Source: Acidimicrobiia bacterium (GTDB lineage: Bacteria > Actinomycetota > Acidimicrobiia > IMCC26256 > PALSA-555). From it: 64,000 nt of DNA. Below the pieces are notes generated by a model that made no database searches, was not told the origin of the DNA, and was given only the letters and a program-made list of their open reading frames with translations. Positions 46,040 to 55,806 of the stretch are shown piece by piece. The position numbers and the translations under genes were made by a program. Position 1 is the first letter of the stretch. The number at the start of each line of letters is the position of its first letter. The DNA lies in contig JBPYDT010000060.1 of NCBI GenBank assembly GCA_051986275.1, positions 24,838-88,837 on the forward strand. Direction: 5' to 3'.

Positions 46040-46735
46040 TCACACCGCGGCGCCCACCAGGGTGCCGATCGCCCAGGTGGCGAGCATCGCCAAGGCGCCG
46101 CCGGCGAGGACTCGCAGCGTGGCGCGGCGGACGGACGCCCCACCGAACCGACCGGCAAGCGCACCCGTGCCGGCGAGAAGCCCGAGCGCGACCGCCGCGA
46201 TGACGGGCACGCGGGCCGCGCTCGGCGTCGCGAGCGCGGCCGCTAGCGGGAGCGCCGCGCCCAACGAGAAGCTGAGCGCCGAGCTCGACGCCGCCTGGAG
46301 CGGAGTGGCGAGGCCTGCGCCGGTCATCCCGAGCTCGTCGCGGAGGTGGGCGCCGAGCGGGTCGGCCTCCATGAGCTGGCCCGCGACCTGGCGCGCGAGC
46401 GCCTCGTCGAGGCCGCGGCGTTGGTAGATCTCCTGGAGCTCGGCACGCTCGATCTCGGGATTCGTGAGGATCTCGCGGCGCTCGCGGGCGATGTCGGCGC
46501 GCTCGGTGTCGTGCTGCGAGCTCACCGACACGAACTCGCCGACGGCCATCGACATCGCTCCCGCGACGAGCGCAGCAGCGCCCGCGACCGCGATCTCGGT
46601 GCGTGACGAGGTCGCCGCAGCGACCCCGATCAGGATGCTGCCGACCGAGACGATCCCGTCGTTCGCGCCGAGCACCGCGGCCCGCAGCCAGCCGACTCGG
46701 GCGTACCGGTGCCGCTCGACGTGGTGGGTCCGCAT
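46040..46735 (-). CDS. VIT1/CCC1 family Fe/Mn transporter
   Basis: ATG 46735. LRAAVLGANDGIVS and GEFVSVSSQ motifs, with C-terminal TM helices. Confidence 0.85.
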   Translation of the reverse strand: MRTHHVERHRYARVGWLRAAVLGANDGIVSVGSILIGVAAATSSRTEIAVAGAAALVAGAMSMAVGEFVSVSSQHDTERADIARERREILTNPEIERAELQEIYQRRGLDEALARQVAGQLMEADPLGAHLRDELGMTGAGLATPLQAASSSALSFSLGAALPLAAALATPSAARVPVIAAVALGLLAGTGALAGRFGGASVRRATLRVLAGGALAMLATWAIGTLVGAAV

Positions 46736-46876
46736 GCTGCTCCTCACGGCGACGCGCCCGCGCCAGGCGCGGCGCGCGGAGCCGCGGTGTTGAGGATACC
46801 GACCGCTTCCCGGCGCACCCCGGGACCCCGGCGGTGATCGAACGCTACGATTCGGGGCGACACCGGGGGGAAGCCG

Positions 46877-48157
46877 ATGGCGCTCGACACCCAACCGACC
46901 GACACCGAGCTGCGCGACCAGACGCTGGCGTTCCTGCGAGCCGAGCTGCCCGCGGGCTGGACGGACGCCGTCGACGCCGGCGACGAGGCGCGCTTCGCCG
47001 AGCTGCGCCACGAGCTCAACTACCGCGACTGGTGCCGACGCCTCGGGGAGGCCGGCTACGCCACCCCGACGTGGCCCGCGGAGTACGGCGCAGGCCTGTC
47101 GCTCACGCCCGGGCAGGCGAAGCACGTCAACGAGGTGCTCAGCCACTACCGCGTCCCCCGGCCGTTCAACATCATCGGGATCGGCATGGGCGGCCCGACG
47201 GTGATCACGTGGGGGACTGAGGAGCAAAAGCACCGGCTGCTGCGCGGCCTCGCCACGAACGAGGAGATCTGGTGCCAGCTCTTCAGCGAGCCCGGCGCCG
47301 GCTCGGACGTCGCGGGCCTCTCGACGCGCGCCGAGCGCGACGGCGACGAGTGGGTTGTGCACGGCCAGAAGGTGTGGACGACGCTCGCCCACATCTCCCG
47401 CTGGGGCATGCTGCTCGCTCGCACCAACCCGGACGTCCCGAAGCACAAGGGCCTCAGCTACTTCGTGCTCGACATGCACGCGCCCGGCGTCGAGGTCCGA
47501 CCCCTCGTGCAGATCACGGGCGACGCCGAGTTCAACGAGGTGTTCTTCGAGGGGGTCCGCATCCCCGACTCGATGCGCGTCGGGCCCGAGGGGGAGGGCT
47601 GGCGCGTCGCGATCACGACGCTCATGAACGAGCGCGTCTCGCTCTCCGGGGCCGGGTCACTCGCCGGCGACGCGGTCGGCGGGAGCCCGATCGACATGCT
47701 CATCAAGCGCCACCGCCCCGTGACGGATCAGCTGCAGCGCCAGCGGCTCGCGCAGCTGTACATCGACGGGCGGCTCATCCGGCTCAACAACCAGCGCGCC
47801 GCGGACAAGCGCCGCAGCGGCGCCGAAGCCGGGCCCGAGGGCTCGATCACCAAGCTCATGCAGGCCGAGTACAACCAGCGGCTCCAGAAGCTCGCGGTCG
47901 ACCTCGAGGGCTCAGGTGGGGTGGCGTGGGAGCCGACCGGCGCGTCCCGCCCCGAGGGCCCCCTGGCGTACATCGGCGGCATGGGCGAGGACCGTCCGGC
48001 GATCGCGCGCGGCTTCCTGCGGTCCCAGGCGAACACCATCGAGGGCGGGACGTCGAACGTGATGCGCAACATCCTCGGGGAACGGGTCCTCGGCCTCCCG
48101 AAGGAGCCCGACAACTCGCGGGACCTGGCGTGGAAGGACGTGCCCCGCTCCGTCTGA
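46877..48157 (+). CDS. Acyl-CoA dehydrogenase family protein
   Basis: 426 aa and a paralogue of 9947-11197. WCQLFSEPGAGSDVAGL and GQKVWTT motifs, with a C-terminal IEGGTSNVMRNILGERVLGLP. Confidence 0.9.
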   Translation: MALDTQPTDTELRDQTLAFLRAELPAGWTDAVDAGDEARFAELRHELNYRDWCRRLGEAGYATPTWPAEYGAGLSLTPGQAKHVNEVLSHYRVPRPFNIIGIGMGGPTVITWGTEEQKHRLLRGLATNEEIWCQLFSEPGAGSDVAGLSTRAERDGDEWVVHGQKVWTTLAHISRWGMLLARTNPDVPKHKGLSYFVLDMHAPGVEVRPLVQITGDAEFNEVFFEGVRIPDSMRVGPEGEGWRVAITTLMNERVSLSGAGSLAGDAVGGSPIDMLIKRHRPVTDQLQRQRLAQLYIDGRLIRLNNQRAADKRRSGAEAGPEGSITKLMQAEYNQRLQKLAVDLEGSGGVAWEPTGASRPEGPLAYIGGMGEDRPAIARGFLRSQANTIEGGTSNVMRNILGERVLGLPKEPDNSRDLAWKDVPRSV

Positions 48158-49221
48158 TGGCGCGCCCACTCGACCGGTTCCTGCGCCGCCGTGGAGCGAG
48201 CGCGGACGAGATCACCGAGGCGAGGCGCAACGGCTACCTGACGCTGCTCGCGCTCGACCGCAGCCTCATCCCCGGCGCGCGGAAGTACACGCAGGCGGAG
48301 GTCGCGGCGCAGGCCGGCACCGACGTCGAGACGGCCCGCGCGGTGTGGCGCGCCATCGGGTTCCCCGATCTGCCCGCCGAGCTGCGGGCGTTCACGGACG
48401 CCGACGCCGCGGCCCTCCGCGGCTTCCTCGCCCGCGTGGCGAACCCGTGGCTCTACTGGACCCCCGACCAGGCGCTCGCCCAGGCGCGGATCACGAGCTC
48501 GGCGCTGGCGCGCATCGCCGACGCGGAGAGCGACGACCTCGTCCGTTCGATCACCGCGGCGCGCCAGGACGGCTTGGGCGACGAGGCGATCGCCGAGTTG
48601 ATCGCCAAGCGCCTCGACTACGACGAGGTCGCCCGCCTCCTCGACCACGCCCACCGGCTGCAGGTCCGCGCCGCGCTCTGGCGCAAGCTCGCCGGCAGCG
48701 ACCCGGAGGCGCCGGGGACGGTCGACGCCACGGTCGGTTTCGTCGACCTCGTGGGCTACACGTCGCTCGCCGAGGGACTCGACGACGCCGAGCTCGGCGA
48801 TCTCGTCGAGCGCTTCGCCGCCCTGGCCCACGAGACGGTCGTCAGCGCGGGTGGCCGGATCGTCAAGACGATCGGCGACGAGGTGATGTTCATCGCCGAC
48901 CGGCCCGAGACGGGCGCGCGCATCGCGCTCGACCTGAGCGCCGCGTCGACCCGCGACCCCGTCCTGCCGCAAGCCCGCGCCGGGCTCGCCACAGGCCCGG
49001 TGCTGTCGCGGGAGGGCGACTACTTCGGCGCGGTCGTCAATCTCGCGAGCCGCCTCACGCGCCTCGCCTTCCCCGGCACGGTGTTGGTGTCGAGCGAGGT
49101 CGCCGCCGCGCTCACGGGCGACGACGCGTTCCGGCTCCGGCGGATCGCCCGCCAGCGGGTCCGCGGCATCGGCCGCCTCCAGGTGTTCCGGCTGGACCCG
49201 GCACCGGTCCCGACCGCGTGA
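48157..49221 (+). CDS. Class III adenylate/guanylate cyclase, paralogue of 26591-27679
   Basis: ATG 48157 in a TGATG overlap with the ACAD stop. VGFVDLVGYTSL, VKTIGDEVMFI and GAVVNLASRL motifs. The N-terminal domain is collinear with the other cyclase. Confidence 0.85.
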   Translation: MARPLDRFLRRRGASADEITEARRNGYLTLLALDRSLIPGARKYTQAEVAAQAGTDVETARAVWRAIGFPDLPAELRAFTDADAAALRGFLARVANPWLYWTPDQALAQARITSSALARIADAESDDLVRSITAARQDGLGDEAIAELIAKRLDYDEVARLLDHAHRLQVRAALWRKLAGSDPEAPGTVDATVGFVDLVGYTSLAEGLDDAELGDLVERFAALAHETVVSAGGRIVKTIGDEVMFIADRPETGARIALDLSAASTRDPVLPQARAGLATGPVLSREGDYFGAVVNLASRLTRLAFPGTVLVSSEVAAALTGDDAFRLRRIARQRVRGIGRLQVFRLDPAPVPTA

Positions 49222-50727
49222 TCAGGGGCGACAGCGCAGCCCGACGCGGGGGAGCACGCGGCCGGTGAAGTAGGCGTCGACCGCGTCGTCGATGCACGGG
49301 ATCCCCTTCCCGTACCCGGCGTGCTCGGTGCTGACGAGCGTCAGGAGCCGTGACCCCGCGATGCGCTGTTGCAGATCGACCGCCCCGTTGTAGGGCGTCG
49401 CGGGGTCGTTCGTCGTGCCGACGATGACGATGGGCGGCGTCCCGGACACGTGCACGTCACCGACCCGCTCCGCCACGGGCGGCTCGGGCAGCCGCGGGTC
49501 GCAGCCGAGCGGCGTCGCGGCGAGGAAACCACCGAAGATCGGGAACTCTTGCGAGTACGACTCGTACGTCGCGACGTAGTCGTTGAAGGACTGCAGTGGG
49601 TCGAAGCGGTCGTCGCAGCGGATGGCCTCGAGTGCCTCCTGGAGGTCGTCGTAGTGGCCGTTCGCGTCCCGGCCGGTCAGCGTGTCGGCCAGCTCGGCGA
49701 TCCCGTCGCCGATCCCGTGGTCGACGCTGGCGAGCGCCGACGCGAGGAACGGCCAGCCGACCTTCCGGTCGTAGAGGCCGCCGGCGAGCGCCAGGTAGAA
49801 GAGCGTGGCGCCCGCCTGCCGTCCGTCGGTCACGGGGACAGTGAGCCCGTTCTCGAATCGCTGTTGCAGCGCGGCGAGCGCCGCCTGCGGGTCGCCACCA
49901 TGGTGGTAGGGGCACTTGGCGTTGGCCGCGCAGTTGGCGAGGAACGCGTCGAGGGCCTGCTCGAAGCCCTCGGCGTTGTCGTGCAGCTCGGCCGCCGCGG
50001 TCGACGAGAGATCCACCGCCCCGTCGAGCACCATCGCCCGCACCCGGGTCGGGTACATCTGGGCGTACACGGCGCCCAGCACCGTGCCGTACGAGTAGCC
50101 GAGGTACGTCAGCTTCGGATCGCCCAGCGCGGCCCGCAGCGCGTCCAGGTCGCGGGCCGTGTTGCGCGTCCCGACGTCCGCCAGCCAGGAACCCTGGGCG
50201 TTGATGCACGCCTGGACGAGGTCGACGGGCCCGTTCGTGCCGGCGTAGAAGCTCTGGAGCTGCGACTGGTTCTTCGGCGTCGGGCTCTGGGCCAGCACCT
50301 GGTCGTAGGTCGCGTCGCTCACGCACGCGATCGGTCGTGACGTCCCCGTGCCCCGGGGATCGAAGCTCACGATGTCGAAGCGGTCGCGGACCGCGGCGGG
50401 CAGGCTCGCCTCGCCGCCTTGGCGCAGCGATTCGGCGCCCGGGTCTCCGGGCCCGCCGAAGTTCACGACGAGCGACCCGATCCGCTCGCCCGGCTGCGAC
50501 GCCCGGTGCCGGCTCACCGCCAGCGCGACCTGCGGGCCGCTCGGCTGGCTCCAGTCGACGGGGACGGACAGCGTGGCGCACTGGAAGCCGCCGCCGCAGC
50601 CCTTCCACGTCAGCGCGCCGCTCGGTGCGGGCGACGTGACGGCGGACGAGGTCGTCGGCATCCCGACGGTGAGCAACGCAGTGATGGCGCCGAGCGCGCT
50701 GAGCAAGAGCGCCGGGCGACGGAACAC
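49222..50727 (-). CDS. Secreted alpha/beta hydrolase, S33 tripeptidyl-aminopeptidase-like
   Basis: Signal-peptide-like N-terminus. FGGPGDPG, FDPRGTG, and the nucleophile elbow GYSYGT. Confidence 0.85.
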   Translation of the reverse strand: MFRRPALLLSALGAITALLTVGMPTTSSAVTSPAPSGALTWKGCGGGFQCATLSVPVDWSQPSGPQVALAVSRHRASQPGERIGSLVVNFGGPGDPGAESLRQGGEASLPAAVRDRFDIVSFDPRGTGTSRPIACVSDATYDQVLAQSPTPKNQSQLQSFYAGTNGPVDLVQACINAQGSWLADVGTRNTARDLDALRAALGDPKLTYLGYSYGTVLGAVYAQMYPTRVRAMVLDGAVDLSSTAAAELHDNAEGFEQALDAFLANCAANAKCPYHHGGDPQAALAALQQRFENGLTVPVTDGRQAGATLFYLALAGGLYDRKVGWPFLASALASVDHGIGDGIAELADTLTGRDANGHYDDLQEALEAIRCDDRFDPLQSFNDYVATYESYSQEFPIFGGFLAATPLGCDPRLPEPPVAERVGDVHVSGTPPIVIVGTTNDPATPYNGAVDLQQRIAGSRLLTLVSTEHAGYGKGIPCIDDAVDAYFTGRVLPRVGLRCRP

Positions 50728-50783
50728 GGGCCGACCTTATCGACCGGTCCGGGCGACCCATCGGCAAGGTAACTTCGGGTGCG

Positions 50784-51710
50784 ATGACCCCGACGGATCG
50801 TGACGGTGAGCGGCTCGCGCTCCTGACCGTGCACGCTCACCCCGACGATGAGGCGTCGAAGGGCGCCGCGACCGTCGCCCGCTACCACGACGAAGGCGCG
50901 TGGTGCGTGCTCGTGTGCTGCACCGGCGGCGAGGCGGGCGACATCTTGAACAAGGGCGTCGACACGCCCGAGGTGCGTGCCCGGCTCGCCGAGGTGCGCG
51001 TCGAGGAGCTCGAGGCGAGCGTCGCGGCCATCGGCTACGACGAGCTGCGCTGGCTCGGCTACCACGACTCGGGGATGCCCGACACCGAGACGAACGCGCG
51101 CCCGGACAACTTCGCGAACGCGCCGCTCGACGAGGCGGTCGGCCGGCTCGTGGGGATCATCCGGGCGACGCGCCCGCAGGTCATCGTGACGTACGCCGAC
51201 GACCGCCGGTTCTACCCGCACCCCGACCACATCCGGGTCCACGAGATCTCGGTGCCGGCGTTCGAGGCGGCCGGTGACCCGACGCGGTACCCGGACGCGG
51301 GGCCGGCCTGGCAGCCGTCGAAGATGTACTACACGGGCTTCTCGCTGCGGCGGGTGAAAGCCCTCCACGACGCGTACCTCCGTCAGGGGGAGGAGAGCCC
51401 GTACGCCCGCTGGTTCGAGCGCGACTTCCCCGACAACGACGACCGGTTCACGACCTTCGTCGACGTCGGCCCGTGGCTCGGCCGGCGACGCGACGCGCTG
51501 CTGGCGCACCGCACCCAGGTCGACCCCGACGGGTTCTGGATGCGCCTCTCCGACGACACGATCCGCGACGTCTTCCCGTGGGACGAGTACATCCTCGCCC
51601 GCTCGACGGTTGGCTGGCCGGCCAAGGGTGACGACGAGCACGACCTCTTCGCCGGGGTGCGCGCCTCGGAGCGGCCGGCGGAGCGCGTCGATACACTCCC
51701 GCGGCCCTGA
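50784..51710 (+). CDS. mca: Mycothiol S-conjugate amidase (LmbE family)
   Basis: LLTVHAHPDDEASKGAATVARY, YPHPDHIRVH and DAGPAWQPSKMYY are collinear with mycobacterial Mca, recalled from memory. Confidence 0.8.
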   Translation: MTPTDRDGERLALLTVHAHPDDEASKGAATVARYHDEGAWCVLVCCTGGEAGDILNKGVDTPEVRARLAEVRVEELEASVAAIGYDELRWLGYHDSGMPDTETNARPDNFANAPLDEAVGRLVGIIRATRPQVIVTYADDRRFYPHPDHIRVHEISVPAFEAAGDPTRYPDAGPAWQPSKMYYTGFSLRRVKALHDAYLRQGEESPYARWFERDFPDNDDRFTTFVDVGPWLGRRRDALLAHRTQVDPDGFWMRLSDDTIRDVFPWDEYILARSTVGWPAKGDDEHDLFAGVRASERPAERVDTLPRP

Positions 51711-51726
51711 CCAAGAGGAGACTGCC

Positions 51727-52113
51727 GTGCCGAAGTACCTCAGCCAGGAGTGGCTCGACGAGGCCCGCGCCCTCGCGAAGGACCAGCCCGAGCGCCCGGG
51801 GGCGAGCGCCACGATGCAGTTCGTGGTGACCGGCGGGCCCGAGGGGGACGCGAAGTACTACTGGGTGCTCCAGGACGGCGTGCTCGCCGAGGCCTCGGTC
51901 GGCGAGCTGCCCGACGCCGAGGTCACGATGACGACGAGCTATCCGGATTCGGTGGCGATCCAGAAGGGCGAGCTCGACGCGAACGCGGCCTTCATGCAGG
52001 GCAAGACGAAGGTCACGGGCAACATGGGCAAGCTCATGCAGCTCATGCCGCTCACGATGTCTCCCGAGTACAAGGTGCTGCAGGAGAAAGTGCGGGCGAT
52101 CACCGAGTACTGA
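51727..52113 (+). CDS. SCP2 sterol-binding domain protein
   Basis: GTG 51727 follows agaggag. AFMQGKTKVTGNMGKLMQL is a typical SCP2 C-terminal block. Confidence 0.8.
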   Translation: MPKYLSQEWLDEARALAKDQPERPGASATMQFVVTGGPEGDAKYYWVLQDGVLAEASVGELPDAEVTMTTSYPDSVAIQKGELDANAAFMQGKTKVTGNMGKLMQLMPLTMSPEYKVLQEKVRAITEY

Positions 52114-52118
52114 GCGCG

Positions 52119-52967
52119 TCAGGCGGCGCGCTGGAGCTCACGCAGCTCCCGGTAGCCGATGAGCGTGGCGCCGGCCCGGTCGAGCAGGTCCGGCAGCGAC
52201 GGGTCCTCGCAGAGGAACGCGTGGTCCTCGACGCGGCCCGCCCAGTCGGGGTGTGACGCGCGGAGCTCGTCGGCGTCGACCGCCGGGTGCAGGTACACCT
52301 CGGTCACGCCGGGTCGGAGGTCGAACAGCGCCCGCTCGATGTGCTTACGCGCGCCGACACCGGTGTAGAAGACGAAGTGGTCGGGATACACGACGCCCTC
52401 GGCGCTCGTGAGGTCCCGGTACGGGAACCCGACGATGCGCTCGCCCCCCGCCGGGCCCATCCGCAGCGGGAGCGCGAAGTCGAGCGCCAGCTCGAGGTAC
52501 ACGCCGAAGAAGTCGGCGCGCAGCTGGAGCGTGCCCATGTGGCTGTCCAGGTGGCTCACGTCGAAGCCCCACAGGATCGCCCGCTCGATCTGGGCGCGCA
52601 GCTCGCGGCGGACCTCCTCCAGGTCGGCGTGGTCCCAGGTGTCCTCGATCGTGCGGGGGAAGCCGCCGTCGCCATCGAGCAGGCTCGGGCCGTGCGTGAT
52701 GGGCGACCACCGGTAGGTCTCCCACTCCGAGTTCAGCGTGAGGTGGACGCCGACGTCCTCGCCCCGGTACTGCGCGGCGGCGTCCCGGGCCCAGGGGCAC
52801 GGGACCATCAGCGTCGCGCTCGTGCCCAGCCCGTTGCGCAGTGCGTCGTACACGCCGACGTTCGCCGACCGGGAGGAGCCGAGATCGTCGCAGTTGATGA
52901 TGACCAGCCGGGCGTCGGGCGGATAGCCGAGCTGTTCGACCAGCGAAGGGTGCTCCGCGGGGGCCAC
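52119..52967 (-). CDS. ChbG/HpnK (YdjC) family carbohydrate deacetylase
   Basis: LVIINCDDLGSSRSAN, GVHLTLNSEW and SHLDSHMG motifs. Confidence 0.85.
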   Translation of the reverse strand: MAPAEHPSLVEQLGYPPDARLVIINCDDLGSSRSANVGVYDALRNGLGTSATLMVPCPWARDAAAQYRGEDVGVHLTLNSEWETYRWSPITHGPSLLDGDGGFPRTIEDTWDHADLEEVRRELRAQIERAILWGFDVSHLDSHMGTLQLRADFFGVYLELALDFALPLRMGPAGGERIVGFPYRDLTSAEGVVYPDHFVFYTGVGARKHIERALFDLRPGVTEVYLHPAVDADELRASHPDWAGRVEDHAFLCEDPSLPDLLDRAGATLIGYRELRELQRAA

Positions 52968-52977
52968 GGCCCGAAGG

Positions 52978-54156
52978 CTACGTCAGGCGCTCGAGGATGG
53001 TGCCGGTCCCGAGCCCGCCGCCGCAGCACATGGTCACGAGGCCGAACTGCCCGTCGGCGCGCTCGAGCTCGTGCAGCGCGGTCGTCACGAGCCGTGCTCC
53101 GGTCGCGCCGACCGGGTGGCCGATCGCGATCGCGCCCCCGTTCGGGTTCACCCGCTCGGGGTCGGGGTGCAGCTCGCGCTCCCACGCCAGCACGACCGAG
53201 GCGAACGCCTCGTTGATCTCGACCGTGTCGAAGTCGTCCATGCGCATGCCGGTCCGGGCGAAGAGGCGCTGCGTCGCGTCGATCGGTCCGGTGAGCATCA
53301 GCACCGGATCGACGCCGACGAGGCACTGGTCGACGACGCGGGCCCGGGCGTGGAGCCCGAGCTCCGTCGCGCGGTCGGCCGACGCGAGCAGGACAGCGGC
53401 CGCGCCGTCGGTGATCTGCGACGACGTCCCGGCGGTGTGGACGCCGTCGGGTCGCGCCACGGGCTTCAGCGCGGCGAGCGCTTCGAGCGAGGTCTCGCGA
53501 AGGCCCTCGTCCCGCGCCACGTGGTGCGTCGTGCCCGTCGGCTTCCCGTCCTCGAGGTCGGGGGCGTCGAAGGGCAGCACCTCCCGCTCGAATCGACCCT
53601 CCGCCCACGCGGCTTGGGCGCGCTGCTGGGACTGCAGCCCGAAGCGGTCGCAGTCCTCCCGGCTGATTCCCCACTTCTCGGCAATCCGCTCGGCGCCCTC
53701 GAACTGCGACGTGTACTCGAAGCGCTCGAAGTAGGGCTTGGGGAGCGGCCGGCCGGGGCCGTTCGACACGGCGACGCCGAGGGGCACGCGGCTCATCGAC
53801 TCGACGCCGCACGCCAGGGCGACGTCCACGACGCCGGCCGCGATGAGCGCCGCGGCGAGGTTCGTCGCCTGCTGTGACGACCCGCACTGCGCGTCGACGG
53901 TCGTCGCTGCTACCTCGATCGGCAGCCCCGCGGTGAGCCACGCCGACCGAGCGATGTCGAAGGTCTGCTCGCCCGTCTGGGTCACGCAGCCGCCGATCAC
54001 CTGGCCGACCGCGCTCGGGTCGATGCCCGCGCGCTCGACCGTCTCGCGCTGGACCGCGCCGAGCAGCTCGACGGGGTGGACGCTCGCGAGCCCGCCGTTG
54101 CGGCGCCCGAGCGGCGAGCGCACAGCTTCGATGACGACGACGTCGGTGCCTGCCAT
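52978..54156 (-). CDS. Thiolase (acetyl-CoA C-acyltransferase)
   Basis: VDAQCGSSQQA (active-site Cys), NEAFA, NPNGGAIAIGHPVGATG and MCCGGGLG motifs. Confidence 0.9.
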   Translation of the reverse strand: MAGTDVVVIEAVRSPLGRRNGGLASVHPVELLGAVQRETVERAGIDPSAVGQVIGGCVTQTGEQTFDIARSAWLTAGLPIEVAATTVDAQCGSSQQATNLAAALIAAGVVDVALACGVESMSRVPLGVAVSNGPGRPLPKPYFERFEYTSQFEGAERIAEKWGISREDCDRFGLQSQQRAQAAWAEGRFEREVLPFDAPDLEDGKPTGTTHHVARDEGLRETSLEALAALKPVARPDGVHTAGTSSQITDGAAAVLLASADRATELGLHARARVVDQCLVGVDPVLMLTGPIDATQRLFARTGMRMDDFDTVEINEAFASVVLAWERELHPDPERVNPNGGAIAIGHPVGATGARLVTTALHELERADGQFGLVTMCCGGGLGTGTILERLT

Positions 54157-54191
54157 GGGGGCGATCGTATCGGCCCTCTACGCTCGCCGCC

Positions 54192-54806
54192 GTGGGCCGC
54201 GCACGCGCTCGTGTCATCGGTCTCGCGCTCGTGCTCACGTTCGCCACGGCGGCCTGCTTCGGCGGTGGCGGCGGGTCGGCCACGCCGACGAGCACGACGT
54301 CGCCGGGAAACGGTCCCGGCTGCCAGTTCATCGTGGCGAGCGAGGCGAAACGCGAGACCGTCCCGATCATCAACCAAGCCGTCTTCCTCGACAACGCGGG
54401 CGGCGTCCCGACCGTCTGCTACGACGACATCACGTTCTCGTTCGCGCCGGGAGGGGACGGCGACCTCCCGCCGGCGTACACGGTGCAGTACGTGCCGTTG
54501 AACGCGCCGGAGGTCCAGAACACCTCGACGGCATCGCTGACCGGTGTGAAGGCCGTGCTCGAGGTCGTGATCCATCCAGCGTCGGACACCAACGCCGGCG
54601 ACTTGACCTACAAGGGCAACCTGCGGCTCGCCCTGCAGACGATGAACCACACGCTGATCGTCGAGTACCTAAACAAGCTGCCCCAGCCGTCGCCCGACCC
54701 GAACCAATCCCAGGTCGTGTGGCTCATCGGGCTCGACGCGAAGCGGCCGTTCACGACCGACGCGGCCAACGGCCCGCCACGCGTCAGCGTCCTCGTGATG
54801 AACTAA
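54192..54806 (+). CDS. Putative lipoprotein, function unknown
   Basis: GTG start. Signal peptide ending ...LTFATAAC (lipobox-like), followed by a Gly/Ser/Thr linker. GC3 is lower than in the neighbouring genes. Confidence 0.6.
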   Translation: MGRARARVIGLALVLTFATAACFGGGGGSATPTSTTSPGNGPGCQFIVASEAKRETVPIINQAVFLDNAGGVPTVCYDDITFSFAPGGDGDLPPAYTVQYVPLNAPEVQNTSTASLTGVKAVLEVVIHPASDTNAGDLTYKGNLRLALQTMNHTLIVEYLNKLPQPSPDPNQSQVVWLIGLDAKRPFTTDAANGPPRVSVLVMN

Positions 54807-55759
54807 GGATTGACGAGCACGATCTTGCCGAGTTTCCCGCCGGCCGCGAACCGCTCGTAGGCGGCCGTTGCCTCCTCCATCGGCACGATCGCCTCGACGG
54901 GCACCCGCACCTGGCCCGCCTCGAGCAGCGGGAGCACCTGGCTCGCCACGAGCTGCGCGGCGCGCGCCTTGCCCTCGAGCGGACGACCGCGCAGCGTCGA
55001 TCCGTGGATCCGCCCCCGCGCTCCCATGAGCGCCAGCAGGTTCACGTCCGCGTGCGGCCCGCCGCCCACCCCGACCACCACGATTCGACCGTCTGCGGCG
55101 AGCGCCTCGAGGTCGCCGGGCAGGTTCGGGCCGCCGACCACTTCGAGCACCACGTCGTAGGGCCCGCGCGCGACCGCATCCTCGGGCGCGATCACCTCGA
55201 CGGTGCCGCACGCCGCGCCCAGCTCGGCGACCTCGTCGCGCCGCGCCGCGCTGCGCACGGTCGCGACGACGCGCGCGCCGGCCCGCGCCGCGAGCTGGAG
55301 CCCCGCGACTCCGACGCCGCCCGCGGCACCCTGGACGAGCACCCGCTCGCCGATCGTGAGCCGGCACTGGGTGAACAGGGCGTCGTGAGCCGTCGTGAAC
55401 ACCTCCGGGAAGCCGCCGGCCTCGGGCCACGGCACGTGCGCGGGTACCGGCAGGGCGAGGCGCTCGTGCACGATCGCCCGCTCCGCCTGGCCGCCTCCGC
55501 CCACAACCGCCATGACGCGATCCCCGGCCCCGAAGCGCTGGCACGCGATCCCCGCGGCGAGCACGACGCCCGCGAGTTCGAGCCCGGGGATCTCCGCGGG
55601 GGAGCCCGGCGGCGCGGGGTAGAGGCCCTGGCGCTGCAGCAGGTCGGCCGCGTTCACGCCGGCGGCCCGCACGTCGACGAGCAGCTCGTCGTCGCCGGGA
55701 ACCGGGTCGGGGTGCTCACGCCAGCGCAGGGCGCCCTCAGCCACGGTCACGGCGTGCAC
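54803..55759 (-). CDS. NADPH:quinone oxidoreductase / zeta-crystallin family MDR
   Basis: AAGVNAADLLQRQGLYP, PGLELAGVV and VQGAAGGVG motifs. Confidence 0.9.
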   Translation of the reverse strand: MHAVTVAEGALRWREHPDPVPGDDELLVDVRAAGVNAADLLQRQGLYPAPPGSPAEIPGLELAGVVLAAGIACQRFGAGDRVMAVVGGGGQAERAIVHERLALPVPAHVPWPEAGGFPEVFTTAHDALFTQCRLTIGERVLVQGAAGGVGVAGLQLAARAGARVVATVRSAARRDEVAELGAACGTVEVIAPEDAVARGPYDVVLEVVGGPNLPGDLEALAADGRIVVVGVGGGPHADVNLLALMGARGRIHGSTLRGRPLEGKARAAQLVASQVLPLLEAGQVRVPVEAIVPMEEATAAYERFAAGGKLGKIVLVNP

Positions 55760-55806
55760 GAGGCGGTCAGGTTAGGGCTGTCGTAGCGGGGCGGTACCGT
55801 CCCGAC

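Noticed and set aside
46833-46848. GGTGATCGAACGCTAC upstream of the second ACAD, as a fourth strong copy of the CTAAC-N4-GTGTCAC motif.
   Set aside because: It matches only the context of copy A at 13/16 positions and lacks the GTGTCAC half. It is more simply explained as an ordinary -10 region (TACGAT).
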